From positions 3,348,001 through 3,412,000 of the forward strand of contig NC_092671.1 of NCBI RefSeq assembly GCF_964355755.1: a stretch of DNA of 64,000 nucleotides. The letters are read 5' to 3'. This DNA comes from Antedon mediterranea. Lineage: Eukaryota > Animalia > Echinodermata. The translations under genes and the position numbers were made by a program. This document shows, one piece after another, positions 59,101-64,000 of this stretch (positions are counted from its first letter, which is position 1; each line of letters starts with the position of its first letter). A model generated the notes under the pieces. The model had not been told where the DNA came from. It saw only the letters and a program-made list of their open reading frames with translations, and did no database searches.

Positions 59101-61557
59101 CAGATTTGATTCAGTCGGCCAAAACCAGATTTTGCTGTCATGTTAATTTACGGGTTTTTCACATAAGCGTGCAGTTCAGATCATATTATTCTCACAGTTC
59201 ATTTACAGAGTAAAAGTAATAAAATAGTGAAATGAATTGAATTTTATTCGGAAATAAGATGTCAATTTTCTTTCAAAACATGAAACTTGAACGTATAAAT
59301 AAAGAACAAATCTCAAAATCTCTTGTGGGTTATGAATGTTTCCCAGAACTCCCACTCACCCAGTAGTATAGACATCTGCAATAACAAATAACATCATTTG
59401 TAGTCGGAGCCCAGATACAATTCTGTTGATCCTGAGCTTAGAGAAGGCAAGGGATCAACAGACTTGTCCGTAAAAAAAAAAAACATTTATTCAATAATAA
59501 ATAATGAAATAAGGCAAACGTTCGTGTATGCTACCACCAAAGACGAGACAACACAATTTTAGACTAGGCTTACTCTCAGTTGGTTTTCACGGCAAAAGTA
59601 ACGCGTTTGTACCCTTGTGCGCGAGTATCGGTTGGTCAATGCGAACGTGGATGTTAAACACAGTTAAACGCTTTGCGCACACTCTAATACTAATGTTTTG
59701 AGGAGCCTATTCACCACAAGCTCTGCTTTCTTTTAGGCTCCTCCACTTTATATTTATATATTTGTAAAGTGAAATAAATAAATGAAATTAAATGAAATAC
59801 TTGGTTCCCACTACAGACGCAAGGCAAAGACGTAAGCGCAACGTAAGTGAGTTGATCAGTCACAAGTGATGGATTATTCGAACTTTCGCTTGTTATTGGT
59901 CAACTCGCTTGCGTTGCGTCTACGTCATTCCCCTATTGTCTCTAGTGTGAACCAAACTTAAAATAAAAATGGCGCGTTTCAATAAGAACGGATGCTTTTG
60001 CAATCATGGTTCTCACTAAAGCATCATTTTACAAGTGTGACTGGTATCGTTTATGGTTCACACATAATATGATCGTCACACTGGTCCATAGAGTTCTGTT
60101 CACATGACCGCGACGCGATACGTGACATGCCAATTGTCTGCTATCATAATTCATTGCACTAGACCATGTAACGAAATAAAAATGATATATAATAATATTC
60201 CACATCATCAAATATTATTGACATTTGTTTACAAAATATGTTTTAATAAATGACCGAATGGATTCTAATCAACTATAATGAGATATAACAGAGAATATGC
60301 ATTGTTAAATGAAAATGTGGTAGATGAAAAAATCAAAAACAACTATGTAAGAAAAAAAATAAGCTTGTTAATGAAAATGTGTTACAGATAATATGTTTAA
60401 AAAGAAGAAGCTATGTAATCAATGTGATAATATGTAAACAAATGAATAAAACTCTTTAAATAAGTTTATGTATACAGATGATTAAACAAACATTGTAAAT
60501 ATAATGATATGTATAGTGTATAGTGAAAAATATATGTAAAGAGAACAGTGGTATGGAAATAAAAGTGGGATGAACCCACATAAGATAAAAAAAAAAAACT
60601 ATAATGAGATGTGATTAATTAAATTCGGTTGGAAAACAACTTTAAAGGTTCATTGATCATGATACGTCTGCACAAACGTCACGATATTTAAAGATAGACA
60701 TAACCAAACACGAGAGTAGTTAGTAATTCGCCAACTAAATGCCAACTGAAATAATTATTAACTAAAGACTCAATTCATCAGCTGAAACTGCATATGCTGT
60801 TTATCGTTACGTTTATAGACATTAAATAATCTAGTGAATTTAGGCTGTATACCCTTTAACCAGGTTGTTTTCAGATAAGGTGGGTCCCACCGTATGCAAA
60901 CCGAAAATGTATGTAATGAGCATAAATGCACCACCGCGACACTTTCCAACAAAGTCCTATGTGCGCGGTGTGCAACACTAATTGTAAATTTCCTGAATCT
61001 TTGTTTCATTATTGTATAGTTACGCATTGGTTATGTAAGTTTGTAGCTGCAATATAAAGTCCATACAAATAGGAAAAAGTGAGAAAATTACAATATCATT
61101 TAAAATACAATTTTGTTTTTACTATCCCTTAATTTCAGAGCAAATAAACCAGAAAAAACAAAAATGCGTTCATCATTCACCTTAATAATAATTTTATTAC
61201 ATCGTATAATTTAGATGAGCATATACGATTAGTGGTCTAATTGTAGGATGGCCGCAATCAACCGGAAGATTCTGGGTTCGAGAGTCTGTAGTTTGTTGTG
61301 ACTTTTTTTCGCTCTCGCGTAGGCCCATTACCTAATTGTTATCATGTTATGAATCCATTATTTCGCTGGGTGGTTTATCGTTTCTCTTTCGGTTTAAAAC
61401 GTATAGTCGATCTGACTTATTCAATATAATTTAACAAATATATCTACTAAACTTAAGTAAATAAAAAAAACGTGTGTTATTACTTACCATTCAATTGTGT
61501 CAACGAACACAGAGTAACAACCAACATAACAACCATGTGAATATTTCGTTCGTCCAT
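53118..61557 (-). CDS. Neurotrophin-like (NGF/Spaetzle superfamily) cystine-knot precursor, 5 exons, ~196 aa
   Basis: Exons 61557-61488 (signal-like MVVMLVVTLCSLTQLNA; alternative in-frame ATG at 61569), 59050-58950, 58277-58161, 55559-55403, 53263-53118 total 591 nt in frame. A furin site RNRR precedes DSC...WVYTTRC...SCIGV..KSAC...WQWISVDRSCNC, six Cys in neurotrophin spacing. Confidence 0.88.
53436..55230 (+). repeat. 77-79-bp tandem array, ~23 copies, inside a family D (GGGGACAC-rich) MITE
   Basis: Unit acactattcaggggacacccctattaaggggacactttgattggtctcgaatgtatccctataggagttactgtaat. The host element ends ggttctactgta (~55272). Dispersed relatives at ~11360-11490, 38944-39000, 46310-46420, 49740-49872 and 57245-57787. 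Confidence 0.95.
57412..57768. mobile_element. MITE family C copy nested in a family D element
   Basis: TTAA-flanked TIR element interrupting ...ccctattcaggggacactttg...gttcc|...|tagaggttgtactgt. Confidence 0.75.
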
Positions 61558-61583
61558 CTTGAGCAGCATGCGAGTGAGTATCC

Positions 61584-61628
61584 ACTGAACTTACCAATGC
61601 AATAGTGGTATCCAGGTATCCTTATATA
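61584..61628 (-). promoter_or_regulatory. TATA box and Inr-like element of the neurotrophin-like gene
   Basis: TATATAAG on the minus strand at 61628-61621, with TCAGT about 35-40 nt downstream, just before the ATG. Confidence 0.55.
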
Positions 61629-63700
61629 GAATATACCTGGTGATGTCACTCACCAAGCGACTTGAGTGTATTTTACATCTCATTAACCACGTGTATCTAA
61701 TTGATGTTATACAATCTGAGAACAATAGCTAAAAATGACTTGATAGGCCCCATTTGTGCTAATTGGTCATACACAAGGCTATACAAAGATAGATGAGGAG
61801 ATTTTAAAAAGATACCATCATTAATTCAATTAAACCGAAAAGAAACATTGTGTTTTTATCGCAGCGGTGTCTGCGATGTTTTTATAAAATGAACATCTAG
61901 ATTATTTCATACGATATTTTGTATACCGTAAACTTAAAACTAAACTTAAAAAGTAGCACATTTGGCATGTCACTTTGTTTTTGTAACAAACAGTGTTCAT
62001 TGCAACTCATAACATATCGCTTAAGAACGAAAATCATTAGTAGGCTAGTATTAGTAGTATTTCAATTAAAATATGAGACGACAATTCAATCTAGAAAACA
62101 CTCGCAACCAGTTTAGATCAGATCCATACGTGACCTATATGTTAAATATGGTATAGCATCGGGCCAATTCGAGTGTACCCAAAGAAAAAAAGTAACGAGG
62201 GACGAGATGAGTTAGATATTACAAATGTACAATCTTGAGGGCGACATTACCTTGTTATCTTGTCAATGTCATCACGAAAAGATTGATACTTTGGCGATAA
62301 CAATATCGTCATCTATACGCGCGCGTACTAATGAGCTCCGAAGGTCTTTTTTTAAAAGATTTTTTATAAGATAAATATAACACCTTCAATTGCACTTAAC
62401 ATATATCGTACTGAAAAAGATTTAATCAGTCGCCGGCGACTGCTACGATATTGTAGATTATATTATTTAATCATTTCGTATCTAAAGTTCTGTCTTCTAC
62501 ACTAACAAATTTTATGTGACAACAAAATGTGATGTATCCATATATGGACATGATGATGTCATGTCACTACCATATTTGGGCATATCACTACCATATTTGG
62601 GCGCATCACACTTTTTTTTGTCAAACTAGTTCGATAGTGTAGACAGAGCTTAACGTAAATCGGAGAACTTGTGTGTTCGTTGTCGAATCAACCAAAATGA
62701 AAAGTGTACGTGGTTTTTTGTTGTTTGTACTGTAAACATCCACTTGTTCGGGTAGGTACATTTAGTTCATATTTGTCAAGATACCTTAATGTCTTATCAA
62801 CCAAAAGGGGAATTATGCCAAACTTATCACAACAAACACGTGTGTGTAAGAAGCCTTGTTGGACGGTAGTAGTACCCACTGCTTACTTTTCCCCATATCA
62901 TCAGCGCAAGATTGGTGGTCTAGAGGTACGAAACGCCATGCTAGTGATCTGGAGGTCGTGGTTTCGAATCCCACTCGAGAATTACAAAAGTCAGAGAAGT
63001 ACAAAAAGTACAAAATTACGTCACAGTAGGGTAAACAGCTGGCCAATTACAACTGTATCATTTCGCTTTTATTTATATTTTACTCGTTACAACTATTTTC
63101 AGTAAATATTTATTAACAGGCAAACCAAAGCACTTTGCCTCTGCCCTCTTTGGTTTCATCCCATCAATTAATTTTCCGATAAATTATTAATACTGTACTT
63201 CCCGTGTTAATTACGTTGTCCTCTGTAATTTGATGTGTTTAGTTGGCATACCCACAAGCACTCTGTCAACCAAACACAATGAGCAATCACTATAGCGAAG
63301 TTGAGACTGCTTGCTCCATTCGGAGTGTGGAAACTGGCGAAATTTGTCGCAAAAACGTGAGCGGAAAGAAAAGGTTCCTAAAATCCTGGCGATCGGATTT
63401 CCTATTCATTGTTCGGTAACGCAATTCAGCATATCAAAATAAAATCATAGATTAGTCAATTTCTATTTATTATAAAAGATTCGAGCGCAAATGAAGCAGA
63501 GGTTAGCTGCAAGCTGTCGCCTGACAATATCGTTACGCATGGAAGCGTTTGTGTATTTTTATGATGAGTCTATAAGTATGGTTTGCTCTCGTGGGGAAAG
63601 TTAAATTTTTAAATGGACAATTCCACAATATGTATATATATTTTACGAGTGTGCTATTTACAGTATAGACGAAGAATCTCAGTGATCGGACAAGAACAAG

Positions 63701-64000
63701 ATGGGACAAAGTGTTGCAAAGGTCCAGCTTGAAGATGGACTGAGAAAATACAGAGCGGGAAACTACGAAGGCGCGATAGGTAAATGGAAAAGTGTGTTAT
63801 CAAAAGTACGTAGCAGCAATGGGCAATTCACGGTCCTCGGTTACCTTGTGTGCGCGTATTTTGAAAATGGAAATTACCGGGAAATGTTGAAATGTGCTAT
63901 TCGACAATTCGACATTGCTGATAAACAAGACATTACCGAAATGAAGGCAGAGGCTTACTTAAACTTAGCCCGAAGCAACGAATGTCTTTGCGAATATTAT
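63701..64000 (+). CDS. RAPSN: Rapsyn (43 kDa receptor-associated protein of the synapse), first coding exon, partial
   Basis: MGQSVAKVQLEDGLRKY...AIGKWKSVL...FTVLGYLVCAYFENGNYREMLKCAIRQFDIA...EAYLNLARSNECLCEYY aligns to vertebrate rapsyn (MGQDQTKQQIEKGL...YLNLARSNEKLCEF), with the myristoylation Gly2. The frame is open to the window end. A 5' UTR acceptor tttacag ends at 63663. Confidence 0.93.
   Translation, partial: MGQSVAKVQLEDGLRKYRAGNYEGAIGKWKSVLSKVRSSNGQFTVLGYLVCAYFENGNYREMLKCAIRQFDIADKQDITEMKAEAYLNLARSNECLCEYY

Overview
AT-rich, intron-dense animal genomic DNA, probably a marine invertebrate (echinoderm-like; the taxon is an inference). Most of the ORF track is spurious or shows single exons read into introns. 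Manual exon stitching gives six genes: alternative oxidase AOX (+, 10 exons, 332 aa); EMC6 (-, 6 exons, 117 aa), with two consecutive U12-type introns around a 20-nt micro-exon; TSTD2 (+, 9 exons, 450 aa), head-to-head with EMC6; a >=2,220-aa adhesion GPCR (+, >=44 exons: mucin stalk, six GPR133-type LamG/pentraxin domains, 2 EGF, GAIN/GPS, 7TM); a neurotrophin-like cystine-knot precursor (-, 5 exons, about 196 aa) that the ORF track essentially misses; and the first coding exon of rapsyn at the window end. Introns hold several MITE families, tRNA-derived SINEs, a CR1-like LINE fragment, two MITE-seeded tandem arrays, a Penelope-type minimal hammerhead ribozyme, and a ~640-bp tRNA-containing inverted duplication bracketing the EMC6/TSTD2 promoter. 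The first ~8 kb has no convincing protein gene. Coordinates were read by eye; repeat edges are approximate.
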